A stretch of 64,000 nucleotides of DNA from Marsupella aquatica (taxonomy: Eukaryota; Plantae; Marchantiophyta): assembly GCA_973895155.1 (NCBI GenBank), contig OZ316894.1:21113867-21177866 (forward strand). The letters are read 5' to 3'. The translations under genes were made by a program, and so were the position numbers. Every line of letters begins with the position of its first letter. Position 1 is the stretch's first letter. Shown here piece after piece: positions 14,083 to 26,223 of this stretch. The notes below the pieces were generated by a model. The model saw only the letters and a program-made list of their open reading frames with translations, ran no database searches and was not told the origin of the DNA.

Positions 14083-15278
14083 GAGCTGCGACCTTTTACA
14101 CTTGGCCCGACCCCACTTTTACCGCGTACTGCCAGAGGACAACTTACTGCGCAGTTCGAGTTCTCAGGAATTTCTGTACTCCACGCGCAGACCAGACGAA
14201 TTTCCGCCTCAAATACGCAGAGTTAATTAATTATGAGGAACTGATCAAGTGACGGACATTATTATGTGCAACGGTTGCGATTGTCGCTGTAATTGCACGT
14301 CACAAACCAAAATTGAAAAATCGGATCTGACTTAGAATAGAGTCGACACTGTCTAAGCTATCCAGAAGCGCATTACCGGGTGCTAATCACTTACCTTTAA
14401 AAGTAGTTAGGGAATGATAGTGTGGTTTAGGGCCTGGTTCCATGGGCCAGGGCCAGGGAGTAGGATCACTCCTTCTGACACCCCCTAGGGCCCAAACAAA
14501 TAAGCCACATGCTAGGGAGTAGGGAGTACACAGTATTTTAACTTTGGAACCAATGAGAATGGAGTGTACAGGGGCAAGGCCAACCCTTGAAATGACTTTA
14601 GAACCAATGAGAATGCAGTGTACAGGGGCAGGGCCAACCCTTGAAATTAAACAGGGAAAGTGAGTGAAATTATACTCCCTACTACAGTATTTGCACACCA
14701 CTCAGTCCCTGGAAGCTATCCATAAGGGCATTACCTGGTTAATTGGGAGCAAATTTGCAAATCACTTACCTTGAAAACTAGCTTGGGAATGATACCTGGG
14801 TTTAGGTCCAAGCCATTGGCCACCATTGAATTTGCAGTGGGGGAAAATCTGCCCAAACTGTTGTAGAAAGTCTGTACAATTGACTATCCATAGTGCATTA
14901 CTACATTAAACAGTTTTTAGTACTGTAGAGTTAGGGCCCTCATTCTAGTGCTACTCACCACCCTGGCAAAATTTGAAGAACCAGAAAATGTAGCTGGTAC
15001 TTATCATAAGCCATTGCGGGACATACATGATACTGTAAATTTTGTATCATTATGCTGACCACTGAATGTCAAGTGTAGGAGACAATGGAACATTTTTGTT
15101 CACCTGACCACACACGATTTGAGAACCTTTGGCATGCTTGTGCAGGTGGGTGGTTGCACTACACCGGAATCGCCACTGTCAACTACCATCATAGTTTGCC
15201 AGCATAATAATAAGACTGTAAGGGCTGTTCAACTTGGGTGGGTGAAGAGAAAGGCCACATAGCATTATAGCAAGGAAA

Positions 15279-15510
15279 GTCTTAGCATGACCCCTTTGGC
15301 ATGAGCACCTGGACTTAAAGGGACCCTTGTGAGTAAGATGCCATCAAGACCTGGGCAAGATGGGAAGTCACAGGGTACTGTTAAGTCTTCATGAGTCTTA
15401 GCATGACCCCTTTGGCATGATCTCCTGGACTCAACCAGACCCTTGTGAGTAAGATGCCATCAAGACCTGGGCAAGATGGGCAGTCACAGGCCCCTGTTTA
15501 AGTCTTCATG
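15279..15510. repeat. 116-bp tandem duplication
   Basis: GTCTTAGCATGACCCCTTTGGCATGA...GACCCTTGTGAGTAAGATGCCATCAAGACCTGGGCAAGATGGG occurs twice. Confidence 0.9.
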
Positions 15511-15824
15511 GCATCTTGCTGGACTGTCCAGGAGATGCCAGAGGGGTCCTGTTAAGTCTTTTCTTGGCCACAGAAACACCAAAGTTTGACAACCAAAGGT
15601 GCTCACGTGAACTTGCAATGAAATATACTAGTTTTTCATAGTAGTTGGTTCCTGGTCATTACACTCTGATTTCAACTTGTCCATAGGAGTCTTCAGAATT
15701 AACATTTGTTACTATGCAGACATTGCGATCACGTTGGTGTCACTTTTGGTTTCAAAAGAACCTATAAGTTCCAAAGTTTTTGCTCACTGTCTTAGGATTC
15801 TTAAGCTTGCATGGGATCTTTAGA

Positions 15825-16060
15825 ACATACATTTGAACTACCCTGACATGAACCTATAGTATACTCCCTTCTGTGAGTAATCATTAGAGGAGCTTTACAA
15901 GACTGAGCACAAGGACAAGTTTTCATTTGCTGGGATTGAGATACATACATTTGAACTACCCTGACATGAACCTATAGTATTCTCCCTTCTGTGAGTAATC
16001 ATTAGAGGAGCTTTACAAGACTGAGCACAAGGACAAGTTTTCATTTGCTGGGATTGAGAT
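15825..16060. repeat. ~118-bp near-perfect tandem duplication
   Basis: ACATACATTTGAACTACCCTGACATGAACC...TTTGCTGGGATTGAGAT occurs twice. Confidence 0.9.
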
Positions 16061-16383
16061 GTCATCCCAACCATCAACTTAAGTTGGCTGACTCTAGACA
16101 ACTTCTGGTGGCCATTTCAACATTGGTATGCCCTAACTACTCACTTCTACGAGTCACATGTTTTGCAATTAATGTTGTCTTCTAGTTGAGTGAACATTGA
16201 CCGGGACCTGCTACAGCCGGTTCCTCTCCTTGAATGAAAAAATTCTAAGTGTCACTAGATGCTAGTGAACCCCACTTTTTGGGGAGGATGTGTGTTAACT
16301 CTCGGGTGGAATCAAAAAGAATACTAATGTCACTAGAGACCTCTAGACCCCACTTTTGGGGGGATCTGTGTTGAAAAGGAAAA

Positions 16384-16422
16384 CAGCACAGGCAAGATTC
16401 GAACCCGCGAGCCCCTTAGGGC
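16384..16422 (-). pseudogene. 3' half of a class-II (Leu/Ser-type) tRNA remnant
   Basis: Minus strand reads GCCCTAAGGGGC (variable-arm-like hairpin), TCGCGGGTTCGAATCTTGC (T-arm/B-box), then a T-rich tail. No D-arm or anticodon arm. Confidence 0.4.
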
Positions 16423-17027
16423 TGCTCTTTTTGCCTTTTTTGGCCTGCTGGTTGCCCTCTCCGCAGGGTTCATGCAGAATAAATGGATTTTTTTTATAAA
16501 AAACAAGATTTAAAAAAAAAATTCAAACCCGCGCCCTCTCTCGTCACACTCTCACCCATCTTCCACCAAGACATGGCCTGCTGGATGTTACCAATGACGC
16601 TTTTGACGTATTTAACTGGATTCTATGCGCAGCTAACCTGCACTGATCGGCCACCGGCAGTGACCGCCTGCACAACGGACAACATTCCATTCGATTCCCG
16701 TGACTTATAGAAGGAAATCCCTAACTTGCATGGGAATTGGTGGATCCCAATGAGTAATGGCAGAATGGTGACCTGTACAATGTTTGTGTGTCCGTGGTCT
16801 CAGCTCTTATCTACAAGGTCTCTTGAAATTTATTAATTGCATCCCCCCCTTGTATGTCATAGACCTGGAAGCTCAAGTAACTGTCCACTCATTTTGGTTT
16901 GGGAAATGTTAAAGTGTGAGTTTGCTTGTTCTTGTAATCTTTGTCCGGTCCTCGTTCTTTTCTTCTTTTTCCCCCTTTGAATGGGTAAATCTGTGAAACC
17001 CCACAGAGGGGGAAGAGTCAGCCACAA

Positions 17028-17072
17028 TAGTTGAACCCAAGACCTACCAGTCTCTACCCAAGTGAGCTACCA
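17028..17072 (-). mobile_element. tRNA-derived SINE head remnant
   Basis: Minus strand reads TGGTAGCTCACTTGGGTAGAG (A-box-like) ... GTCTTGGGTTCAACT (B-box-like); the anticodon arm is collapsed. Confidence 0.4.
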
Positions 17073-20000
17073 CAAAGTCATGCCTCTTTGGGCTTGTCCA
17101 GCCCTCCCTTGAACCGGTATTGTCTACTTGTCCCAATTACAACCTTTCCTGTATATTTGGGAATAATAGCCATACTATTTTTTACTACCACACCCCTAAA
17201 TATAGCTCAAGTTTTCAGTTCCCACTGCTAGTACTTCACTTCATTTAGGCAAAAAGATTGATTTTCATACAATGAGCATTTGGGAGTGCATTTTGGAAAA
17301 TCCCAATGACAAAATTCCCAATGGAAAAATTGAAGCCCCATGGACCAACCTGTTTGGTCCATAATCATGAATCACATTTCACTATATTTGCTATAAATTG
17401 ACTAGCCCAATGCTAGTGTTGTGTTATGGAGATTGCATAGTTATTGTTGTAGAAGTGTTGTGTGTGGAAGTCGAGTCATTACCGAAGGGTTCTCATCGTG
17501 TGTGCAAAGATTCTGCCAATGCCCTTGTGTCAGGCAAAAACAAATCTTTGAAAAATTATGCTTTCCCCAACTCTCCCGGCCCTCGGGGGTTTCACTTCCA
17601 CAAAAATGGCACATCACGTGCGACGAAGTATAGGGTCGATTTATTGGTTTGAAGGGAAGACTTAAGAATTTTTGTAGAAGAACAATAGGGTCCTTTAAAT
17701 TCAATTTTGAGACTTATGAGAACATTAGGGTATTTTTAACCAAAATTTTGGAATATTCCAAGAATATTCCAACTTTATAGGGGTTGAATTTATTTATTTT
17801 CTTACATTTTAGGGGGTCTGGGACCTAAAAACGTTGCAGGGGATGGGGAGACATCCATATAGTGAGACCCCTGAGTCCCGGCCTCCCCCTTTGTTCCCTT
17901 GTCCCTCTCCCCTCCCCTCCTCTCCCCTTAAATTGTCCATCCCCCCTTCAACAAATTCAGCTGGAGCATGTTAGAATTGCAAGGGGGTGGAAGAATGAGA
18001 TTGTACAATAGTCATCACTATGAGGAAAGTACCAGTAGGTTAGTCAGGGTAACCTGCTAGATGTGTTCACCCATCTCTTGGGCTGGTCCTGATGTGGCTC
18101 ACTTTGCGGTAGTTGTTGAGGGTCTCATGGCTCGACTGGTGCCTTTGGCTCCTGAAAGTGTGGGAGTGCTAGCCCCTCTCTGCCCTCCCTAGTTGCCTTG
18201 CTCGCCTTTGCGCTTCTGTGCTTGAGCAATTTTTGCCCCCTTGCTTGCTTATTTAAAAAATAATGAAATTCCATGAAGTGGGGTCCAAGAGACTGCCTTG
18301 TTGTTTGTGGGGCATCAACATCCCCACAGTCTACCACTTCGTAGCTTTGATTGCAAATTATGGACTTTATCATTTTCAGCAATTTTAGTTGAATTTGTTA
18401 TCATTTTCCCCGGCAATTTGGGGTTTGGCGGTTTTGCCTTTGTCTTTGTCTAGGTGTAGCATGTGGATTTTTTTCCGGGGTTTTTTCCACAAGTTAACAA
18501 TAGGAATAAGTAACGTATGTGCTTTTGTCCTTCTATGTGTATGCATAATTCTAACGCCTTTTTATATGGAAGAAACTGTACACTTTTGTAGCCACAGTCC
18601 TATGAAAATGGCTATGGTATAATTGTAAAGTTTTTCCAAGTTTGCCGGGTGGAAATACCTATATTTTATTCTCAATCTTTGGTTCCTAGGCAACTAAACA
18701 TGAGGACAGTGGCCCGATAGTACAAAGGCACTAGTACAATTGTTCACAATTAAGTCTATGCAAGATTAAAAGAAAGAAAAACTCTAAGTCTATAGTGTAG
18801 TGAAGTGAGGTGCCAGAATTGTCAGCCAGAAATATATGTGCTACCCTTGTCTCATTGTGGATATAAATTGAGCAACCCCCTTTGTACCTTATCACGCAGG
18901 CCTCAATGTCATCTAGTGGCACTTCAAGCCAAACATTTCCAACAACCAGCAGGATGAGCTTGCAGTCAAGCTCAACTATTGTCTTGAGAGGCAAGAGGCT
19001 TCGTCAAAAAGTAATGGAGTTGATCATGTTCTTCTGTTGGGCCATTGTTGAGGGTTGAATGGGAGAAATATATTACATATAAAATGTTAATCAAACCTAA
19101 ACTTGCAATATGTAATTTTGTCTTTTATTCGATTGGTTTGATTGAGGGTCGCCGGAAAGTTTTAGGAATATTATTTTTTCTCAAATTTATTTAGTAAGTA
19201 GGCCCCAATCTAGGTAATAACGTTAAAAATCTCAGCCAAATGAGGGGCTTGAGACAACAACACCCGCAACAACATTATGGCTAAAAAACTTTGTTGATGC
19301 ATCTTAAGATGTTGACATACCCCAGGAGCAGAAAAAGAACATCATGAAAACACCAAAAGAACAACTGACTAACTTAAAGTACCATTGGTTTAGAATGCAC
19401 ACTGTCATCGTAATTATCAACATTTGATGTCAATCATCAATTTAAGAAATCCAATGACATGCATATTTTCTTGTGAAAGTTGTGCACTGTGATCCACAGT
19501 TGTCTTTGTGAATGCATTGATCAATTAGATCAAATGGCTAGATAGTTGTTGAATATAAACAAATTATTGATCATAATTTAAAGAGAAAATAAAATGGTGA
19601 CAATAGGTTACAAGTTGGCCAACCTCTCTTTGTTATTTGGCATGTTAATTTTGAATTTCTTCTGTACTTATTGTTCCCAGGTCTCATTGTGTTTGTTGGC
19701 ATCAGTGTTCTAGTAGTCCTTTGGGCTTTATCTAGGGCTATGCCCCTATTCTCAGGCATTACCTTACACTTCATTTCCTTCCTGAGTCCTAAGTGGAAGG
19801 TAAAGGCCTTCCTTGAGGGCATTGTCCCAAATGAAAGCACAAGGTTTTTCAGCCCAAATAAGAGATTTCTAATTTGGGAGAATGCTCAGGATAGAGGGAT
19901 GTCATCAACTTAGTCATTCGGATGTTTTATTTTGTATGTTTTGTATTTTGTGTGTTGAACACAACTTGTGAATGGCATTCTAACAATTGAAGAATCTAAC

Positions 20001-21980
20001 AATTGAAGAATGCATAGGATCAAAATTTTGTTACATGAATGGTTCTCTGATAACAAGGCCCTAAAAATCTGGAGGGCTAAATATTGATGATTGAATGAGC
20101 TGCCTTCCCGCACAAAGTCTTGTAGCTATCACAAGCTATTGCTTAATGCTCTCTATCTGCTGTTGCAATGTCCTTCCATTGTGAGCAAATTGTGCACCAC
20201 CATTCACATACAAGTCTTGAATCTACCTGCTCCAGTTATAAATGGAACACTATTATTGTAGATGTTCAAGAGCCAAGACATGTACAAAATGGACTATCTT
20301 GCAGGCGGGCAGCATCTATGACTGAGACCTGATGCGCCTGCCTGTTTTCATATAGGCTAGAGAGTGACCTCCTAGTTTTGTCAGTCTTAAGTCTTTTGTA
20401 TGCAAAGGGCTTTGGTGAAACCCCCTCTTGGAACATTGGTTGACTCAAGAAGCTTTGACTCTACAGCTCACTTGCCGTAGTGCAGACTGCTACCATTGGC
20501 CCACTAATGTAGAGAAATCTATGCACTTATATGGATTTGAGCATCATAGGTAGCATTCGGAAATAGACACTCTCATGTCTTCATCTTCTGTAGTTGATTG
20601 GCAGGGTATGAGATTGGACAACAATGAGTGGCTCTACCCAATTGGCAATTGATAAATGAGTTTTCATGTGACTTTTGTGAAAAATATGTCAAGCATACTC
20701 TAAACTTTATGGAGAACATAAGGGTGGCTTTACAGAACTTTGGGGCAACAGTTCCTTTTATTCTAAGTGAGATGTGATCTTAGCCATTCATACAAGGGAA
20801 TAGGCCACACTTCACTTTACATGAACTTGGGGGCACAATCAAGCAAACCATTACCAACCTACTGTAGTCATCTATTAGTGTGCCCCTTTTTTTTGCTCAT
20901 GTATGCATGCTTTTTTGTCAAAACTTTAGACCTCCTCCCCAGACGGTCTTAAAAACTGGGGCAAAGGGGTGCTTCTTTTCAGGGATGGCACACATTTAGG
21001 CTCAAGCATTTTAACTTTGGTGTAAAGAAGCATGGATGGAGAGACACTAACCTGCACCCCTCCATCGTGTAAAGCCCCCCCCAAATTTAGGTATATGATG
21101 TGATGGAAGGTAATCACACATGAAAATGTGGTGTGCACTCACTGAAGATAAGGATATTTATCATGGTATGGAGTGATGTAGTATACACTATATGTCATAT
21201 CTTGATGTGGAGTTACAGGACCCATCGAAGACAATGGAAGCGAGCATGAAATTGAGGATACGATCTGATATGATCTGATTGAAGAGAATCAACTCAATAA
21301 AGGGAGAAGAACATAAAACTAACGATATGATGTGATCGAAGAGAAGGTAGTCTTGTACTCGAAACGACGCTTGTCTCTCGAGTAGTGGCGAAGGACTGTC
21401 CTATACTGCCGTCATCATTAATGAAACGCCGTAATTCAAGATGACAGACATCAGCTCATCACCTGCTGTTCAATAGGTGTTCACTGGATTATTCCTCCGC
21501 CGTCACTAGTGTGTAACGTCGTCTTCATTCTGTACATTGGGGGATGCAACAATGTACAGCACCGTGAGCGAAGATGAAACTGACCGCCACTCGCACGACC
21601 CATTAACTAGCACAGGGCTCGTGAAAGTGTGAAACTATTCAGCATTTTCAAGGCTCGATCAAACTCATGCAATTCATCAAAGATTTCAAGACTCCCTGTG
21701 TCCAACATTTCATTTTAGCTGCTTAGACTCGTTCTTTTTATTTACACGATCAATCGAAGCGTATGATGTCCTTGCACTCAGCAATGCTGTAGCTGTTTGT
21801 CGCCCTTGAGGAATTGGACAGAATGTCCTGAGTGATCGCACCCGGCCCATTCTATTTTCTCCGCAGGTCGAACGGATTTCGGGGAGTTTAGTGGCAGTTG
21901 GATTCATTTCCACATTGCAGACGTTTTTCCCTCCAATCTCCAAATATTCGCTGTGTTCGTTCGTGGTGATCTAGAGCAGA

Positions 21981-22949
21981 ATGGACTCCGACGATGACAT
22001 GGAGCTTGATGAAATAGCGGAGATGGTCGGGTTCGAGACAACTGCCCTCGCAGCACTGAGAGCTGGCGATCCCGACAAAGCTGTCTATAACGCTGATGGG
22101 ACTTTACGGTGTCCATACTGCAGTCCGGCGAAGAAGAAGCAGTCTTACGCGTATCGGGACCTTCTGCAGCATGCCACAGCGGTGGCCGTCGGGATCCGAG
22201 GGCCGAAAGCAGCTGGGACGCACAGCGCCCTCAAGCTATACCTCGAATCTGATTTGGTTTTTCTGGCGCCTCCGCCGTTGGAACGTCCTCCACAAGCACC
22301 GTGTGACGAGGTGCTTCCTCGGACAAGGGATGCTGGGAGCAAACTGGTCTGCCCTTGGTCAGTCGTCATCTACAAGAGCGCCAACGTTGGTCAGCAAACA
22401 GGTGAGCAAGACGGGCAGACTTATTACATTGGAAAGAACGAGATCAAAACCCATTTCGGGGAATTCAAGCCGGATAAGGTTCATGTTGTGTGGGGCCCAA
22501 GAGGGCACCTGGGATTCAGCATCCTCGAGTTTGGGAGAGGCTTCGACGGTCTCAACGATGCCCTGGCGTTAGAAAAGCACTTCGTGGACGACGGGCATGG
22601 TCGAAAGGATTTTGAGAGGAACTGGGCGTCTGGCAATCTGGCACAAGGTTTTTATGGGTGGCTTGCCCGGGAGGAGGATCTCAAAGGGCCACCGGGATCA
22701 CAAGATGAGGCCGTTGCCAAGTATCTCAAGGCTTTCAGCGACTTGAAGGACATTGGGATGGTGGGGGCCGAAATGAAGAGGATTCATGGGTTGCAGGTGA
22801 CAAAACTTGCCGAGTCTTTGGCAGAGAAAGAGTCCCTGATTGCCAAGATTGAGCTTGAACTGATACAGACGAGAGCAGAAGCAGACAGGTTGCAGTTCCA
22901 GGGATGGGCCCGTAAACTTGGTAAAACTTTCTCGTTCGGTTCAAATTAG
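21981..22949 (+). CDS. zf-XS + XS domain protein (IDN2/FDM/SGS3-related RNA-silencing factor), no XH domain visible
   Basis: zf-XS motif LRCPYC..KKKQSYAYRDLLQHA..H.AL..YL. XS motifs KLVCPWSVVI, GHLGFSILEF, GFYGWLAREED. Short coiled coil at the end. Possible alternative end via donor at 22920/22921 and acceptor ~23133 (VLDEAIF*). Confidence 0.88.
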   Translation: MDSDDDMELDEIAEMVGFETTALAALRAGDPDKAVYNADGTLRCPYCSPAKKKQSYAYRDLLQHATAVAVGIRGPKAAGTHSALKLYLESDLVFLAPPPLERPPQAPCDEVLPRTRDAGSKLVCPWSVVIYKSANVGQQTGEQDGQTYYIGKNEIKTHFGEFKPDKVHVVWGPRGHLGFSILEFGRGFDGLNDALALEKHFVDDGHGRKDFERNWASGNLAQGFYGWLAREEDLKGPPGSQDEAVAKYLKAFSDLKDIGMVGAEMKRIHGLQVTKLAESLAEKESLIAKIELELIQTRAEADRLQFQGWARKLGKTFSFGSN

Positions 22950-24041
22950 CCATTCACATACTTGTCTTCCTGAATCACTGGTCGTTTTTCCCTCTTGAAA
23001 CATTCCAATTGGGATCGTGTTTGTAATGCCTCTGCTCTCAAAAAGTACCTTAGTTTTACATTCTAGTGTAAGGCCTCTTGAATCCTATTCAATCCCTGCT
23101 GATTAGGAAATAGTTACCTTTCAAGCTCTACAGTACTGGATGAGGCAATTTTCTAAGCCATTGTGGTGGGGCTATGGCAGGCACGTGGACAGGGTGCCAG
23201 ATACTTTGACCTGGCAGTCGTTTGCTAGAAATGATTCTCGACATGGAGACAGTCAAACATTTTTTTGGAGGAGTGCAGAGCTTTTTTCTTTGCTTTGCCT
23301 TACAATCGAATTGCTATTCGCAAAGAAAGATAGAGTAGTGCAGAGCTTTTACTCAGGACGCTGATTTCATCATTGTTTTGCTATCGGGATCGATGCGGCA
23401 AATTATCGTCGTGCATGAAAAGACTACAGTTCGATGCTTGGTACAAAGATGATCTCGAGGCTTTTGGAATCAGAACTCCTGTTCTCACGGTCCCCCTCTA
23501 ATCATTCCAACCGTGATGGAAGTTTCAATCTCCTGAAAAGATAAACCAAAACAGCATCTTGGAGGCTTTTCCTCATTCCTTTTATATGATTACTGGCTTC
23601 TTGCCCTCGCACCCAACCCCTCCCCCCCCCTAAAAAACCCACAATTGACAAGATGATGGATGGACAATGTTTGGATGAATTGGCACAACCCTGTCCGCAA
23701 ACAAGAAGCTATGATGGACTTTTGCTCTACAACAAGGTAAGATGGAAGGTCACTATTGTATTGTTGTCCAAACATGAATCCAGTAAAAAATACATTCACT
23801 ACACGAAAATCTTATACCCTTAGAGCACTCTCATTCCAGCACAAAGGTGGTACGAGTTAATAAAATAAGTAGCTCTAGGAACGGAGCAAGACCTCACTTA
23901 TTTGATTTAGTGGCTGTACACTGGACTTAATGAAACGGCATTGGGAAAGGAGGAGATATATGCTTGATGGGTCCCCTGCCCCATGAATTCCTCACGGACA
24001 GGTTATGGAGTTGCACTCCAGGCAGACTGATGGGGTTTTTA

Positions 24042-24310
24042 CGTTATCATGGATCCACTCCTGGGAACCTTGCCGGAACCCGAGCACTGGCCGGTCTTAT
24101 AGGAGTGTGCTACTCTCATTGTAGTTTCTAAATTGCTTGTTTAGTTGCCCTTTCTGGGGTTCAGGTCCTCACCTGGTACCGGTTATCACGGATCCACTCC
24201 TGAGAACTTTGTCGAAACCCGAGCACTGGCCGGTTTTACAGGAGTGTGCTATTCTCATTGTAGTTTCTAAATTGCTTGTTTAGTTGCCCTTGCTGGGGTT
24301 CAGGTCCTCC
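24042..24310. repeat. 140-bp tandem duplication
   Basis: GTTATCA.GGATCCACTCCTG...GGAGTGTGCTA.TCTCATTGTAGTTTCTAAATTGCTTGTTTAGTTGCCCTT...GGGGTTCAGGTCCTC occurs twice. Confidence 0.9.
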
Positions 24311-25174
24311 CCCGTGTTTAGCACATTGACCATTTGGTCCTGTGGACTGGTGTCCTTTTTTGTGCCCCCCATTTTGTATGTTGGCTATTTGAATGGAATT
24401 CATTGGTTCTTTCGAGGCAAAAATAAATTTCAATGTGTACCCCACTTTTGCAGATCTCCTGGAGGAGTATTTGAATCCTCCACCTATGGGTCCCCACTTT
24501 GAGACCTATCACTATGCTAGAGCCTACTCATTGAAAGTATTTGGGACATTCTGGGTACTTAGCCTAAACTTTGGACAGCAGCCAGTGGGTACTGAGAATG
24601 ACTATTCAGGGACCTGTAGGCCTGGATCTCTGAGACAGCTCAACCACCTTGCTGTGGCTCCGTGGAATTGAAATTCCTATGTGTTGGCTATGTGTTGGCT
24701 TGAGTTGTGTACCTAGTCACCCAAAGTCTTCATCAAACCTAGTACTATTTCCTTAATACTCTTGGTGCCCAAGTGTCTCCAGGACATGCCACGGGCAAGT
24801 AACTTGGTGCTTCTATCACTGCTAGTGACAACTCTCATATGAAGTCACACTCGCTCCTTAGCATGATCGTCATTCAACGACCCTTATTGCCTACACAAGC
24901 AAACTAACCCTATCAATAAGTAACCCACCTTGATCTCGGATCCTAAGATCATTGTCTTGTCTCAGCCATAAGAGAGCTCCAAAAAGGGCCAAATGACCCA
25001 TATTACTCTTTATTCCCCGGCCGGTCCCAAATTCTCCCGAACCCTTTCCCGACCCGATCCCGGGCTCCCTCGATTTAGCGAGGCAGTCGCCCAGTTCGGG
25101 GTCGGGAACGGGCCGGCGGTTCCGACCTGGTGTGATGGATGACAGGGTCCAGACCCCTCATTTGCCCGTCAAAG

Positions 25175-25620
25175 CCAAACCTGGCCCATACCAGTCAAGG
25201 CCAAACCTGGCCCATATTGGTTGGAGATCTTTAATTAAACCTTCCCCTCACTTCTCCCCGCTTCCTTTCCTTTTTGGATGTTGCTTGAAGCGCAAACTTC
25301 TCTCTCATGCGATGCCGTCCCCGCCACTAACTTTTTCTTACCAAGTCGCTTCTACTCTAATTTTTCCTCTAACTTTTTCTTCCCAAGTCGCTTCTTCTCT
25401 AATTTTCCCTCTAACTTTTTCTTCCCAAGTCGCTTCTACTCTAATTTTTCGTCCAGGACCGTATCTTTCCGCGCAAGAATATCGAGCCTGCGCGTGCCAC
25501 CTCTCACTTGCTGTCGTGGGTGGTCCAGCAGCTTCTCCCTCTCCGACTCGGCGTGCACTACCGTGACCAGCTTCCGTCTTGGTGTCGGCGGCGTTCCCTG
25601 CTCGCTTCACGTATAAAAAG
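25175..25620 (+). promoter_or_regulatory. eIF1 promoter: site-II motifs, 3x42-bp repeat, ACGT core plus TATA
   Basis: Duplicated AAACCTGGCCCATA (GGCCCA site II) at ~25177 and ~25203. CACGTATAAAAAG at 25608-25620. Confidence 0.55.
25327..25450. repeat. 3 x 42-bp pyrimidine-rich tandem repeat
   Basis: CTAACTTTTTCTT(A/C)CCAAGTCGCTTCT(A/T)CTCTAATTTT.CCT units. Confidence 0.9.
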
Positions 25621-25881
25621 AGAGCAGCAGATCTCCAGAGGAAGTTTGTTTTCAATCTCGTATCGTGGTAGTTTGTGGGTTGTTTGCCTGATCAGAGGAG
25701 CTCGAGGTTTTCTGGGCGTTTGTTTTTTCGTCGGCAGGAGGAAGCGGAGTTTGTAGCAGCAGATTTTGGAGCGGTGCAAGGAGGAGGAAGGAAAGTATCG
25801 GAGCAGGTTGTGAAGGAGTCGAGGATTCGGGAGGAGTATCTGGAACAGACGTCGGTCTCTCGTTCGGAAGAGTTGAGGTTC

Positions 25882-26223
25882 ATGTCACTCGTGGACATCC
25901 AGCTCCCTAGCGCGTTCGATCCGTTTGCCGAGGCGAATGCTGACGATTCGGGGGCTGGGAGCAAGGATTATGTCCATGTGCGGGTCCAGCAGCGAAACGG
26001 AAGGAAGAGCTTGACCACCGTGCAGGGGTTGAAGAAGGAGTATAACCACCACAAAATTCTGAAGGACTTCAAGAAGGAGTTCTGCTGCAACGGGACGGTC
26101 ATGCCTGATCCCGAGCTGGGGCAGGTGATTCAACTCCAGGGCGACCAGCGGAAGAATGTGTCACACTTCCTGGCCCAGGCCGGTCTCGTGAAGAAGGATC
26201 ATATCAAAATTCACGGGTTTTGA
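25882..26223 (+). CDS. SUI1: Translation initiation factor eIF1 (SUI1), 113 aa, intronless CDS
   Basis: FDPFAEANA..YVHVRVQQRNGRKSLTTVQGL..KKEFCCNGTV..VIQLQGDQRKNV..IKIHGF. First in-frame ATG at 25882. Confidence 0.97.
   Translation: MSLVDIQLPSAFDPFAEANADDSGAGSKDYVHVRVQQRNGRKSLTTVQGLKKEYNHHKILKDFKKEFCCNGTVMPDPELGQVIQLQGDQRKNVSHFLAQAGLVKKDHIKIHGF

Larger units (their letters stand above)
14300..21200. mobile_element. Decayed repeat/transposon-remnant block
   Basis: CpG-poor, with stop-riddled coding-like stretches (19560-20600). Multiple internal direct repeats (14355/14713; 14549/14602; 15279/15395; 15825/15943; 16250/16328). Confidence 0.55.

Noticed and set aside
25882-26223. eIF1 as a processed retro-pseudogene
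   Set aside because: The ORF is intact with its own promoter elements, and no poly-A tail or TSD is visible.
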